Positions 13,601-28,400 of a DNA stretch of 64,000 nucleotides are shown piece by piece. How positions within the stretch are numbered: position 1 is the first letter of the stretch; each line of letters starts with the position of its first letter. The DNA is from Bugula neritina (lineage: Eukaryota > Animalia > Bryozoa): NCBI GenBank assembly GCA_964035545.1, contig OZ037765.1:17670995-17734994 (forward strand). Reading direction: 5' to 3'. The notes beneath the pieces are model-generated. The model was not told the DNA's origin. It did no database searches and was given only the letters and a program-made list of their open reading frames with translations. A program made the translations under genes and the position numbers.

Positions 13601-16600
13601 TTAAACTCTTTCCAGCCAAATTGAATGTGTGGCGTGGGTTGACAGTCTTACACTCTACTCATTAATTATTATTTGCATATTTTTATGCATTTCCTCCACA
13701 ACTTATTTTTAAAGTAACTTGAATTTTGGTTGAAAGAAATATTTTTGCTTTGCTATTGTTGCACTTGTTTGGCTTGGCAATTGCATGTTCAAAGTAAGAT
13801 GTATTTAAAAATTGTCTTCCCAGGTGGCAGTATGGCCTGATGAGACATTGGCTTTAGCTGCACACAAGCTAGAATTTCCAGCTACAACTTTTCCTGAGTT
13901 CGAGAACAGCTCCATCAAGTCTGTGTTCAGCAGTTCTCTTTATACTTGTGCATGGCTGGAGAATGGCTCTTTATACTGGTGGTGAGTATCATGTTCTGAC
14001 ACATGTTCATGTTACTCTACACACGAAACATTTCAATGTGGCATGGTAGATCTTAGTCTGCCATGTTGTTTGTCACATTTAGGATGTGTTGTATGTTTCA
14101 GGGGAGTGCTCCCTACACCATTGAGGAAGAAAATTCTGGAAAGAGCTATTCAGAAAAGTAAGAGATCCAAGGATAAGGACAAATCAACATCTAATGACAT
14201 TGTCACTGGACAGCAGGTAAAACTATCACAATGTGCAGAGCTCTTAATCCTGGTCTCAGGCAGCTGTTATTCTGAAACATTTGTCTAGACTAGCAGTTGC
14301 CAACCTTTTTAGCTTATAGCACTGTTTTCATTCCTGCTACAGTTTGAAGTATCTCCTGCTATGTTACACCAGCATGAGTAAATTAAGCTGACGAATCATG
14401 TAGCCATTATTGAACATAACTTGAGCAATAAAGGTACCCCTGTAATAGATTTAGCTTGACTTATAGGTGCATCTACTTGATGAGGTTTAGTAACTTATTT
14501 GTTGCTCCTGACTCTGTTATTAAAGCAGCTCTCCTGCTGGTACTGTGTTGTTTAGTGGATGTGCTCTATATACAGGTTTGCATGAAGTCCAACCCGCTGT
14601 ATCACAATGGGGCTCTAGCTTTCAACATAAGTGGTAGTATGCCCAAAGTTGGACAACTGATGGCTGCAGCTTGGAGCTGGTCAGATGTTTGCAGATTTCA
14701 GTTGAAGAAGAAAACCACAATACCAGCGTGAGTTTTATGAATATATTGTTTTTGTTCGAAAATTCTTTGAATAGGCAAATTCACCATATTTTTATAAAAA
14801 TTAGACGCAGATTAACTCATACATCGATATCTAATGTTTCCATGCATTGCATATTTTTCTCTTTTTTAATTTCAATAAATATAGGTTATTTAAAGACTGT
14901 AGAATCCCTAAAATACTATTTATTCAGCATAGCACAAGCTGTCCATGTTTTCTCTGTGTTGATCAAATAAGTGTTAGCTAGGATAAAGAACATGGCATTT
15001 ATGAGCATTACTATACCCATAATACTATATCTGCTATGGGTCTCTACAATATGCTTTGCATGTAATGTACAGCATGGATATATTCCAGTTGAATTTGATT
15101 TAAAATTTTGACAAGCCAAGAGTAAACATTTTCATTCTTGGATCGTAGTTTTTGTGCACATTCTACTTTTTTGTAACTCAAAATCCTAATTAAAATATAT
15201 GGCATTTATAATAGATCTTTTAGATCTGATCATTTATTTTCATAATTTTATTCTCTTCTTAGTGACTCTAAACAAGACAGTAAAGATGTGAAGTCTACAA
15301 GATCTTCTGATATTAATTTTGATATGCCTCCACCTCCTTCGCCAGCTAGTTCTACTTGCAGTGAACAAAGTGGTCCAATTCTGGTTAGTCCAGGGTCAGC
15401 AACAGCAAGTAAGTTACATGATGTATGCTGTATATATTGCAAGTTACATGATATGTGCTGTCTATATTACATGTTACATGGTGTTTGCTGTCTATATTAC
15501 ATGTTACATGGTGTTTGCTGTCTATATTACATGTTACATGGTGTTTGCTGTATATATTACATGTTACATGGTGTTTGCTGTCTATATTACATGTTACATG
15601 GTGTGTGCTGTCTATATCATTTTATAGTGTATCCAAGCTCTTGTTTTTTTGAACTTGTCCATTCATTTAATCCATTTTACCAGATTATTGTCAACTTTTA
15701 TGCTTTCTAGAGTTTGTACATTTTTTTCTCTGCGACACATGAAAGCTTGGTAATACGTCTTAAAGAGTTTGAAAAGTTTATGTATACTATGGCTCATATC
15801 TTGCTGAATTCGGTAGTTGTTTAAAAAGATCTTTTTTTTTAAAGCTTTCAAGGTATATACAAAAATAGAATCTTTATGTGGGTCAGCTAGAAAAATAATG
15901 ATCGAGTATGAAAATACCTTTTACGTTTAATGATGTGTCGTTCAGGGAATACAAAGTCAAATCGGGGAGGGCCACATAAAGGTTTCCTAAATAGTTTTAG
16001 CTGACAGGGTTGCCCCTAATGTGATCAATCGCTAAGCTATAAACGAACACGTTTTTTAAGTTAGATTTTTATGCAATTTTGTTGCTTTGATATGTGCAAA
16101 CTTTGAGATTCGTTACAGAACGAAAACATTGCCCTAAATGGAATCAACCATTATGCTACAAACTAATAAAAAACCTTTTTTACAAATTGGTTTTTTCTTT
16201 ATAATTTTGTTACTCTAATCTGTTATAGAACGAAAACGTCAGCCAACGCCAATCAAAGATTTAGATAAAGGTTTGTGTGATGAAGAAGACTGGAACATAA
16301 AAGACTGTGTAATAATCGAAGATGGAAAGGCAGCTAATCCTGTTGGCAGAGTAATCAAAATTGATGGCTCATTTGCTGCTGTAAAGTTTTCTAATACCAG
16401 TGACCCGGTTGACGACCCTTTACACAATGTCCGATTACTTAGAAAAGATGATTTGCAAGTAAGTATACTACTATCACATCCCTAGTTGCTCACTAAAGCT
16501 GTTTTGGAGTTTAAAAGCTTATGTGATCATACGCCTGTATAATGGGAATGTGACATCTTGTTTAGGTGGTTCGTGGTGCAGCAGCCAATAAGCTACCTGA

Positions 16601-19600
16601 CCTGTTTCAAAATACACCTCGGAAGGTTTTATATACTCAAGGTCAAATCCTAGCCGTCTCTGTCTTGGAAAATGGTGAGTGACTGTGTGATATGCCGGCA
16701 TTAGCTCAGTTTATAGGTCATCTTATTGCTTCCATTTGCTTTTTGCCAAGTCTAATAATATTTCTGTTTTATTCACAATTACAGAGTTTCACCTTGTGGT
16801 TCAACACAGCGCAACAAACACATTGTCCTATGTGATTTATGATATGACGACCAATCAGTTTGGTGAGCCCTGTGTCATACCTGCTCACAATGATATCATG
16901 GTGAACAAAAAGTCTGTGAGCCTCTTCAAACATCAGATAAATACAGATTCTTTTTCCACCCCTTGGTTTGTATCTTTAGAGTTTACAGTGTGAATTATTT
17001 TAATCCATGCAATGCAACAGAACATTTTCAATTGATATGAAAACATAGTAAAAAGCTCAGCACTCAGCTAGTATATGAATGTAGTTTTGCCCATTTGAGC
17101 TTGCCACACATTTATGTCATACCATCTACAATAGTTGTATTTCACAAAGCAATGCTAAAAGGCTATTTTATTGCAATTTTAGCCGAATGTATAACAAGCT
17201 TTTACTTTGTGCACCAAGTTGGTAACATCTACAGAAAATCATCGAAAGTATTCAGTCGTGTTTATTACTCATGTTTTTCTATAGTGATGGAGGTGTTACA
17301 ATGCTTCAAGATGGAAACAATACATTGTATCCACTTGTACGAAACTCTACTCAGACGTTTACTGACCCTCGTTGGTTTGAGTTACTTCCTGTTCAAAGTA
17401 TTGCTGCTCGCAGTGAGTCTCTGGCCACTGTGAACGGACCAACTACTAAACATAAAGTCTCTGTCGTTGCCCTTGCTTTCAAGGTTTGTATCCTGTTACT
17501 TTATTATATTAACTGTACCTCTCTGCCTTGTCTACTCTAAGCTAATTAGGGGAGTTTAAAGAGATGCTTGTCTTTTAGACAGTTTTGTTTCCATGCTAAT
17601 TAGGGTTTGAGAAATTTGTTTTAACTAAAAAACATTACAAGGCACAATTCGCCGGATATTTCAGCGGCCACACATTCATGGCTAGTTAATTTGATAAAAT
17701 GATGTGATAAAATATTTTGGACTATTCTTTCAAATTTTTAGTTAATCTTTCCTTGATATTTTGAAACTTATCTACAGCTTATGTGTTTGTTCTGCTATGA
17801 ACCAACCTTAAAGCTGATGCAAATTGAATAACTGATAAAAGACAGAAGTCAAGTGCACTGAATAAATCGTAGTTTGTTAACTAATATGTTATTGAAGGTA
17901 TAGCTCTCAAGTCACCAATTTGTATGGATACTCCATAGTTTAGCTGGTGTGACAAGTATGTTTAAAGGCTTACCATCTGTATTGCTGTACCAGTATTATA
18001 TATGTTGTGTGTTTGATTGTAGAGTGCGGATATTGTCCGCTGTATATTGCGCAGTGATGTGACAGGAGTTCGAAATCTATTGGCCAACATAGCTCAAGAA
18101 CCTAATGGTATTCGCCGAAGTAATCTTGTACAGGGCATAGTTGACCAGCTAGCAGATGGAGGGAAGAATATACTGCATTTATGTGCTGCAATGTGCATTC
18201 CTACAACTAATAAGGAGACTGATGAGATTACAACCAGTAGTCTAGGGGCTGCGTTGGGGGCGTACAGAGGGGATGAGATGGTGTATGTATATCTTAAAAC
18301 CAACCAATCGGCGACTTTCTCAGTAAATTTGTATGTGATCTAGCACAATAGTTCTTCCTGTTGCATGCTTATGCCTATACTGTCCCCATAGAATCTGCTT
18401 GCATTTTCTATCCGTCTGTCAATGCTATGCAAGATCTACCGGGTGTTGGAGTATTTATTCTGAAAATTATGCTTTCAGGTTTAGAGAAGTGAATCCTATT
18501 CCCAGGAGAGGTGCACCACAGGACAAAGACTTCACATTCGCCTGGTCACTGATACATGAAATGGGGGCTGTTGCTGCCGGGAATTCTGGTTTACACGGCG
18601 TGCCAGCTGCTACTATGTGGAGCATGTCTCCAGTGTCGTGTTCGGACAAGGAGAGGAGGAGTAATGCTGCTTCCTTGTTAAATATTCTGTGTGAATCTGC
18701 TCTTATTGAGCCGTGTCTCCGCTCACTTCTCTCATCCAAGTACGTTTTATTCAATATTTAAATTAACTGCTGAAACAATAACCGCACTGTTGTCATGGCA
18801 ATGAAGCTGCTGTTTGCAGCACACACACCTTTTTTACTTCTGAGTTTCCAGAAATGATACTGGTGTTTATGCTCTGTTTACAGGAATACAGATGGTTTGA
18901 CCCCTTTCATGCAAGCAGTCAGTACTAGGGCGTACAATGCGGCAGCAGTGCTCATTCATGTAGCCAAGCAGAATGCCTGTGTGAGTGGAAATATAGATCA
19001 GGACGCGTTCATTAACATGCTCTACCCAGCCGGCTCCAATGCTGATGACAACCCTTTCCATCTACTGTGTTGCAATGATACGTGCAGCTTTACATGGACA
19101 GGCACTCAACATATTAACCAGGTAAATCTTGTTTGAAAGAGTAGTGCGTTATGTTCCTTGTTTTAAAATAATTCATAGGAGTTCAAGTACACACAGCTCT
19201 ACTACCACATGATGTACATGCTCATAATTTACAATGTAGTTGTGTTATATTTGTGGATTGATTTTTCAACTTGTAGTAATTTAAAGTTATCCATTGTGAA
19301 TTTATAAACTGTGATATTTTGACATTGTAATACGGACTGTTTCTGTGAATATAAAAAGTAGAACTCTAAGTGATCTAACTTGTTCATAAATGTCAAATAT
19401 ATTTGTCTTTTACACCTCCAAAGTAACTTTCATATTTGATTTTTTATAATATTAATGGTAGCTCTCATCACCGTAATGTTTAGATGGTGAATTGTTATTT
19501 TGAATGAAATTACATCAAGGTGTTGATACATTGAAGCATTGTTGCCGAGAGTGAGTGACTCCCGAACTCACACATGCTATTGCTATTGCTGCAGGACATA

Positions 19601-20830
19601 TATGAGTGTAAGAGCTGTGGTCTGACTGGCTCGCTGTGTTGCTGCTCCGAGTGCGCTCGAGTCTGTCACAAGCGTCACAGCTGTAAGCTCAAAGTCACAT
19701 CACCCACAGCATACTGTGACTGCTGGGAGAAAACAAAGTGCAAAGCGCTAATTGCTGGCAATCAGACCGCGCGTCTGGAACTACTCAGTAAACTTCTTCT
19801 CGAAACAGATCTAGTCAAACAGCCCAACAGCAAGTGAGCTACACCTCAGTATTTGGTTATTCTGTCACACTAGGAAATTAGCAAGTATATACAATGGTTG
19901 TACTGGTGACGCATTTCATTATCAATGTCTTTGCATGCGTCCAAGTCACTGTGCATCTGTTGCAGCCATGGCTTCGATTGATGGAAAACATAGTTTATGG
20001 ATATGTTTAAAGTAGCAGTTATTGGCTTAATGGTTCATAGCAATGATGTCTCATGTAGCTCATAGCAATGATGTCTCATGTAGCTCATAGCAATGATGTC
20101 TCATGTAGCTCATAGCAATGATGTCTCGTGTATCTCATAGCGATGATGTGTGTCTGCAGGGGAGAAGGTGTGCTGCTCTTCCTGGTACAGACGGTGGGTA
20201 GACAGCACCTTGAGCAGAGACAGTTCACTAGAAGAATACGCTCAACCGTAGTCAGGAAGTCTAGCGCCAACACTGCAGACGTTGACCCGGCCATGCCCGA
20301 GCATGACCTTGAACCTCCAAAGTTTGCCAAGAAGGCACTGGAAAGGGTCCTAGCTGACTGGACTGCTGTCAAGTCGATGCTGCTCACTGGCTATAATGGT
20401 GACAGTGAAGAGTCTTCTGGGTAAATATCTCACAATAGACCCAGTTCATAGCAGATTGGCTAAAAGTCCCGTATGTCAATTCAACAATAATCTGTAACGT
20501 GTCCACCAGAATAAAGTTGCTGGCATATTCTCTACTGGATTTGTGTCTGAAAAGGTTTAAGCAGAGTTTAAGACTATATGGTTGCTTTACATCTCAGTTA
20601 AACTCTGCACCCAATCGCTCTCTGATTATGGTAGATTTGTGCTCTTTTTAAAAAAATATGCAGGGTATAAAATGCACTAAAATGTTCTGTATATTTAAAA
20701 TGCAGTAACTAGAAATTATTGTTTAAAATGATGCATCAATAGATCTAACTTTAGTATTGTTGTGGATGTTATGCATCATTTCCAAATGCTATGGGTTTGT
20801 GATGTTGCCGTCATTATTGGCAATAGCTGG

Positions 20831-20897
<67 letters not shown>

Positions 20898-23800
20898 CAA
20901 TGTGCCCCTAGGTTTTACAATCAATTGTTTTAGCCGTCACTTTTCATACCACTATGTTATAATGCATTGAGTTTTTCACTGTTTTTGTTTTGGTCTAAAA
21001 CTAGAAAACTATCTCTGAAAGCATTAAACACAGCTTAGTGTTTTATCGCAGCTATAATTGATATAAGTTGAGAAGGCAGTTGTTTTAAGAGTTATACTTA
21101 TGATTTAGTGAACAGATGCACGATGACCATACCTTCCTTCAAACACAGAGTGGAACTCACCTGCTGGACAAGTTTACTCATTGCTTGCTGTCAAAGTGTA
21201 GCCAGGAGGTTTGATGATCTTTGTACTATTGTTTCTAGAGTAGAATAAAAGAGCATCCCTGTTGCCATTCGCCATCATAGTACTTCAAATAATTAATCAA
21301 TTACTCTAGTGAATTTGCATGTTGAAAAGACTGATAATTTTGCCTATTCTATTAGTTTTAACATGGGCTTAATGTTTCTTCTGAAAAATCTATTTCTTTA
21401 TGACTCTAAAAATATTGATTTGTACACTTCATTACACCGATTCTTAATAGAACGTGAAAGAAACTACGGTATATGTCATATAATAACCGTATACTTACTT
21501 TCTTGTAGCCATAAATTAAATTTTACTTAAATTACTCTTTGCAAGACAAAGTTCGTTTTTATTATAAGTAATTTGAGTTTAAACATTCTGTTTACTTTGC
21601 ACCAAACAAGAACTGACTAGAAATATTTTATAATTTTTATATCTTGTTAATGAGAAATTTCTCTGTCAAGATCTCCCCTTTGCCTCGCTGTCTTAGTGTC
21701 TACTTTTGCTAGATGTTGGATACACTACTGACTACACTGATACGGGAGATACAGAATGTGTCCATTTCTAAACGTAAGCAGGAAGCACTTCTGGTAACCA
21801 GGAGATTTGTCAGATCTGTAGTCAGAGTGTTTGTAGTAAGGAGTGTTGAGTCAGCGTCTGAACTTTCCCGGATGCCTAGGAGGTTAGTAACATTATTCTG
21901 TAGGCCTGTCCATGACTGCTCGTAGTTCTGGGTAAATAATTATTGCCTGCTTTAGTTTTAAAACTTTGTTTTATACGGCTCTGTATTGCACCATGTATGC
22001 CACTTTTTGTGATGCATATCTCTTGCTTATCATGTTGAAAGATGCTTCAGTTGCACTTGATTATTTTAAATGCTCAAAAATCATCTAAGCATCTATAGAT
22101 ACAGTATCTACTTTGAATTATTAGTATGTATTCATTATTATCCAAATATAATACTATTATTTATTTAACTTATCGATATATTTGTCCAATTATTGTGATA
22201 TATTTTGCAGCAGTGGCAGTAGCTATAGCATCAACAACACGACTGTAGCCAAATGCAGACGTGTGTTCCAGTCAACTGTGCACATTGCTATTCAAGAGTT
22301 ATGTAGAGCTGCCAATGCTGTCTTGCTGCCAGTCACACTGGGTGTCCTTAAACCTACGTCAGCATTTTCTCTTTTATCTGCGTCTAGCATGGAGGTTTGG
22401 AATCATGTGCTCTTTTCAGGCATAGATATAATAGTGCTTGTTAATAAATAGGCTTGTTACTAAATTTATATATTTTTAAATGGACAAAGAAATGTTGGCA
22501 AAATTCATTTTTAAAATGTGAAAATTCTCGAAGTTCCATTATGAAAATTGTTTACCTGAATTTTTTTTAAATTGTATAGTTTTTGCTCTTCCTGTGTTAA
22601 TTATGGGTTCCAAAATTTAAAATTACCGTAAATGGTCGAAAAATATGATTAGTTAGTTGATATTAAATAGCAGAAATTATCTCTGTTATAGAATAAATGA
22701 TTGCTAAATATTCACTGTATGCACACGGCCTTTAGCTTGACGTCAGGTAGCTGACAGTTGTTCTACTTACTTGTAGATGCTTCACGACACTGAAGACCTT
22801 TTTGTGGCCGACCCTCTCCCAAAGAGACCCCGAGATGGTCAGCCCAGCAGTCATCATGCTCTTCTAGATAGTACAATACAGAGCGATATGCCTGATCGCA
22901 GCGCCCTCTATGATGAAGAGGAACTGGACAGTATGGCCAGAGAGCAGTATGAACCTGTGAGTATGATGGGCGTGGCGTACTTGTAGCAACATTTCTATCA
23001 AATATCTGTCAATTCTGCAATAGTACCATAATCAAGCTGCTTTTTTTGGCGCTGTCTGGCAGCAAATAGTTGGAAAAAAATTTTTCTCAAGTGATTGTTT
23101 TTAAAACTGTTGGTAGTTTGATAAACTACTTTAAATACTCATTTTGTGAGTTGTAAAATTAGCTTGAGTACAATCTAGTTGCATTTATTGCTTATAGTAG
23201 ATGCAGGCATACTGCACAGCTGGTATCTGTTGTATCTCAATGGGATCATTTACGAAATTTAAACAGGTTATACAGTTGATATGCTAAAAACTAAAAAATC
23301 CTTTGCATTATAGATGGTTTTTTTCATTTTATGGTTACATATCGTAGTTGAGCGTTGTTCTATAAAAACTCCGAAATTTTTCGGGATGCAAAAATATTTT
23401 TGCAGATTTTAGTGTTAAATTAAAATATGTAGTGTAATTTATTTTAAATGTTGAATGTTTTGCATTGGAAATTTCAAAACTGATAAATTTGGAAAAATGC
23501 AAAGAAATTAAGAAATTTTGCTATAAAACGATAGCTGTTTTGGCAATCATGGAAGTTTGTTGACTGGAAGTTCACTCAAAGAAGTGTAGTTACTCTAATG
23601 TGCGACTATGTTCTATTACGTAAATGTGTAAATATTTCTAACATAGTTTAGTGTCATCTTACAGTAAATTTTGTGTTGCTAAAAGTAAAGCTTACAGTTT
23701 TCTGATTGTATCTCATGTTAATCAACCTTACTGTGTTCCAGCTTTGAGCTTGTGTTCTTTTCTATGTCATGTGTAATTTGGAGATTTCTGAGCTGAATTA

Positions 23801-25344
23801 AATTTTAGGACGAAGGTGGTGACATCAGTGACGTAATGCTAGATGTATGTGCTATTCTAGATTTTCCTTATACTACCAGATTATTTTACTCACCATTTAA
23901 TACTTGCTTGGGTCGAGAAGCTTTTAACTACTGCCTAATTTTGTGTGTTACCTGCCTACAATAAATTGGCTTATAGCTTTTAAAATGTAGTTTGTAGCTA
24001 ACTAGGTGTTTCCTAGTGCCAGTGGCTGCATTGCTTCTTTTTAGAATTCCTGAGGTAATGCTAATCTAATTTGGTTTCACATTTCTCTGTGTGTAATATG
24101 ATGGTTCAATTTAAATGAGAGTTGTTATGTATTGCCTAATGGCCTGGGTAGTTTGTCTCACTATATTGATTTTAAGATTTCAATTCACCATCAGAATCAC
24201 TGTATTACTTTTCCATGCTGTATATATGTGTGAAATGGAAAAACATAATGCTTTGCTACAAACTCTCCCTTGTCTCCGTGTATCTTCTTGTTAGAATGTT
24301 CAAATGGCGTAAACTTGTATTCATGCATGCTGCTGCCAGAAATATATATATAAACACACTGCTGTATTCTTTGTCATGTTTGCTGTTGGTGATTACAGGC
24401 AGCAGGACAGGCTAGTGCTGCTGAAGGAGAAATTCCTCTGTCTGATGCCGTAGAAATGGACATGGACCAGGAGGCTGAGCAAGAGTACGGTAAGTCACAC
24501 TGTCCATTATGTATATGGCATACTATATAACTGTGTAGTCCAGTATGTGTTCCATTCTTGTTGAGCCTTGCTTGCTATGTACTAGCGTAAAGAATAATAC
24601 ATCTCTTTGATCTCAGTTGCTGATGCGCCAGAGGGAGAGAGTGACATGGACCTGGACCTTCTTGCTGAGTCTGACTCTGACAACGAGAGTGTACATGGCG
24701 GCAGCGTCCACTCTGTCGGTGCTTACGAGGAGGGAGGGCAAGGTGCAACTGGTAGAAACAACACTACAGCCATGACTTCCTCAGATGGTTCATCTTATTA
24801 TTTCCTATTTGTTGTGCATTGGCATAGTCTTTTGTGTTTTTGTAGTTCACTGCTTAGCGTCTGATATTTTCACATTTCCGCAGTTGATGCCAGAATTTTT
24901 TCTCATGCTAGTATTGATTTGAAGTGATGCATTCTATTCATATGCTTATCATTTCATTAGGTAGTTAACTCTTAGTGAAAACAATTCATGTTTATATCAT
25001 AATATTAGTTGTTGTTCCAACAGGTATACATCAGTTGGCGTTCTTTTCAGAAGAGGACTCCAGTCTGAGTGACGAGGAAGTTGACAGTGACGAAGGTCAA
25101 GACAGCGACCAGGAGTATGAAGGTGGCCTCGATTTGGACCAATTAGAACGCCACTCTGCAGGTATTGGCCACATCTATGGCAGTATTCATTACCAATTGA
25201 ACAGGAATTTGCTTTTATTTGTTTTCCCATAAAATATTACAAAAAATACTTTGTAAATTTTAATTATTTTTTTCCTATGACATTGTATTGTATAAAGTAA
25301 AATGTATAAAGGAAGTGTTATTTGTTTTAAGACTATCAATCACA

Positions 25345-25410
<66 letters not shown>

Positions 25411-28400
25411 TTCTGTATGCCTGTCATTTCAATGTCTCAGATCATGGAGCTGTTAGCCACAGATCTCTCCAGGCACCTCAGTCTATGAGATGGGCAATAC
25501 GTCAGCCTACCACCGCGTCCTCTTCCACCCGTCCCACAGCTGGTAGTTCCTCTGCCAATCCCGCCACATCCAGTGGTCTCATCTACATTGACCCAGTCAA
25601 CTTGAGAAGATCCAATGCCGTTTCTCTCAATGGTGCTATCAGCTCAGCTGTTCAAACTGTTCAATCTGCTGCCCTGTCCGCCTCGCAGGCAGCGGCTGAT
25701 GAGTCATTGGCCTCACAAACCACCTCTGCTACTGCCAACAACTTAAGCAGAGCTTTTGGGATCATCCTTAGACAGGTGTGTTCTCTTGAAAACTGTGTGA
25801 AACTAGATATACGCCTACCTGCCATACAACTTCATGTTTCTGGTGTATTTTTCTGTTCTTAGAACATAACTTTCATTTGTTATGGTTACACACTAACCAA
25901 ATAAGGTTACACTATGCATCTAGCTAAGCTGCATGTATCTAGTTGTTCATCTGTCCATGCAGATTGCTGATTTACTAAACACTATGAGAGATTACCGGGC
26001 ACTAGCACCTAACCTATCCAGGGTACTTGACTACACAGAAAAAGATGTACAACTAATGCAGGTACTCTAACAATGCTAGTACCATACCATGTTTTGGAAT
26101 AAATGTGTTGCAAGTGCAAACATGGGAGATATTTTTATGAGCAATAATTTTACTGTCTGGTACATTGAGTGTGTTGTAATCTTCACTAAGTTATGATTTC
26201 ACATCAAGGCTGCTACCAGTTGATGCCAGATAATTAGCCAATAAATTTTTAGACAGGTGCAGCTTTGAACATGTATCAGTTTATATTATGTGGATTTGTT
26301 GATACCTTCACATAGAGCTATTTGTGTACTTTTATATATTCTTCACATTTTCTAAATACATCAGTAAAATACAATTCAATTATGTACTTTTTATGAAATT
26401 TATGGCTAATAAACAAGTGATGATGTCGAAGTTATCTCTCATATAAATACTTGTATTTTTATTTTTCAGTCTCATGTGGAGGATCAGTTGAGAATGCCTT
26501 GGAACTGGATGGTAGGTGTGATGGATGCGACAGAAGCTCAGCTGAGATTCGGGACAGCTCTTGTGAGTTCAACAGATTCCAACAACCCCAATCACCCAAT
26601 GCACCCGAGCTATGGCCGGCAGATGGAACAGGCCGCAGCTGGTAGATCTTCAAACAGTAGGGCTGCTCAAGGGTTGAGTCATAAAAGGCCTCGTCTAGCC
26701 GGTGGTGGTGAGTTGGACATTAGTTGCTGTAGTGTGGCTATTTAATTGCTGTATGTCGACTAAAGTATGGCATAGTAAAAATGTTCACACTCTACACTTA
26801 AACTAGTTGAGAGATAAACTTTTCACAAGTTTGCTGATTTGTATTCATCATTTTAGCAAATAGCGCTTTGATTTTAATAATCTTACTTATGGAAATGTTT
26901 GGAAAATAAGTGCATAGTTTGTTATACCAACATGTTTTCTTGATATTTCATAATTTAGAATGCAAAGTCTAAAAAGAGATGCAAAAGCATTTGCGAAATG
27001 GTTTAAGATGTGATATTGTAACACCTGCCCTACTCTATAAACTCTCTCTAAACTTCTGTAGAAGCGGTATCTGGTCGCCATGGTTTCCTCTCCTACATCC
27101 TGTCACTAATGCGGTCTTACAACAGTGAGCACGCAGGGTGTATACCTAGCTTGGATGTGTTGGCATTGAAACACGTGGCATATGTGTTTGACGCCATGAT
27201 TTACTACATGAAGTCAGGGGTTGAAGATGAAGCAGATGTGCTCATCACTAATGACAAGATTTCCATACAGTCCTGGGCTGAGCAAGAAGATGACGACTCT
27301 AAGGTATTCTAGAGCTGCAAATAATTAATAGCTATATTCATATGTGGGGGTGGGTCTAGATTCAATGTTTAAAGTTTAAGTTCTAATTCCACCTCTAATA
27401 ATTGACCTGAGCAATGCTAGCCTTTGTCAGCAGAATGTTTAAATTGATATTGATAATATTTAATGTAACATCTTTAAAGTCGGATGCATGTTTGTTTGTC
27501 CACTTTAATTTCATTGTCTAAATGAGGATATTATTCTGATCAATAGCGTATCATACAGTAGATAGAAATATACTTTGGCACACATAAATGACATTTAGTC
27601 TCTTTACACCTGCCTCTGTCAACCTTATTTAGGACATCATATATATGATTGGTCGCATTTTAGATGTCAGCCGACAGCGTGGCACCAGAAGACTTGACCA
27701 GCTCATCCAATAGACACCCTTTCTTCCAGAGATCTGAGTCTACCACCTTTCTAGGCTGTGTCTCCCCTGATCCTATACACACACCTCTGGTCCAGGCTCT
27801 GCCACTGGCTGAACGGCCTCAGCTTCTCCATCCTTTAGCTAGACGGGAGGAGATGTTCGGGATTTCCAAACAGCCATACAATAAAAACCTGGTAATAGCC
27901 TGTTGTTATTTTATGGGAAATGTAGATTTGCTGTCAATACTCCATGTCTGAAATTATATGCTATTGTGCTGAATTAGTCAACCGACGCATCTATATGAAG
28001 ACTGTCAACTTCTTAGAGTCAGCAACTGTTGATAGTTGAATTCATTTAATTGCACCATCTATAAATTTGGAGATTTGAATTTTAACTGCCATTATTATGT
28101 TGTTTAATTTTTCTGTGTAATTTAGTTTCTATATTGTTTATGCTTTGCTATCAAGATTATAATAGGTGTACATCATAAAGATATAATAACTAATTTCAAT
28201 AATTGGTAAGCTTTCACTATCAACCCAAGAAAGTTAGATTTTAGGCTAGCATTTGTCAGTTTTTTCAATGATTTACCTAAGTTTGGTGAACTAAGCTGCT
28301 GGTAAACACAGTTTAAATGCATTTAGAAAAAAAGGAACACAGTATTTTCCACAAGAGTAAGGTGAACCATAAAATAAGGTGCATAAGGCAGCTGCCAATA

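Noticed and set aside
14290-14445. hAT-like terminal motifs (cagttgccaaccttttt); similar motifs at about 32915, 36220 and 42230
   Set aside because: No matching second TIR with a TSD, so no element can be delimited.
15319-15652. Repetitive ORFs in two additional frames
   Set aside because: Consequence of a stop-free 30-bp repeat.
15409-20148. Short tandem arrays as possible CRISPR arrays
   Set aside because: Head-to-tail repeats without spacers in eukaryotic introns; no cas genes.
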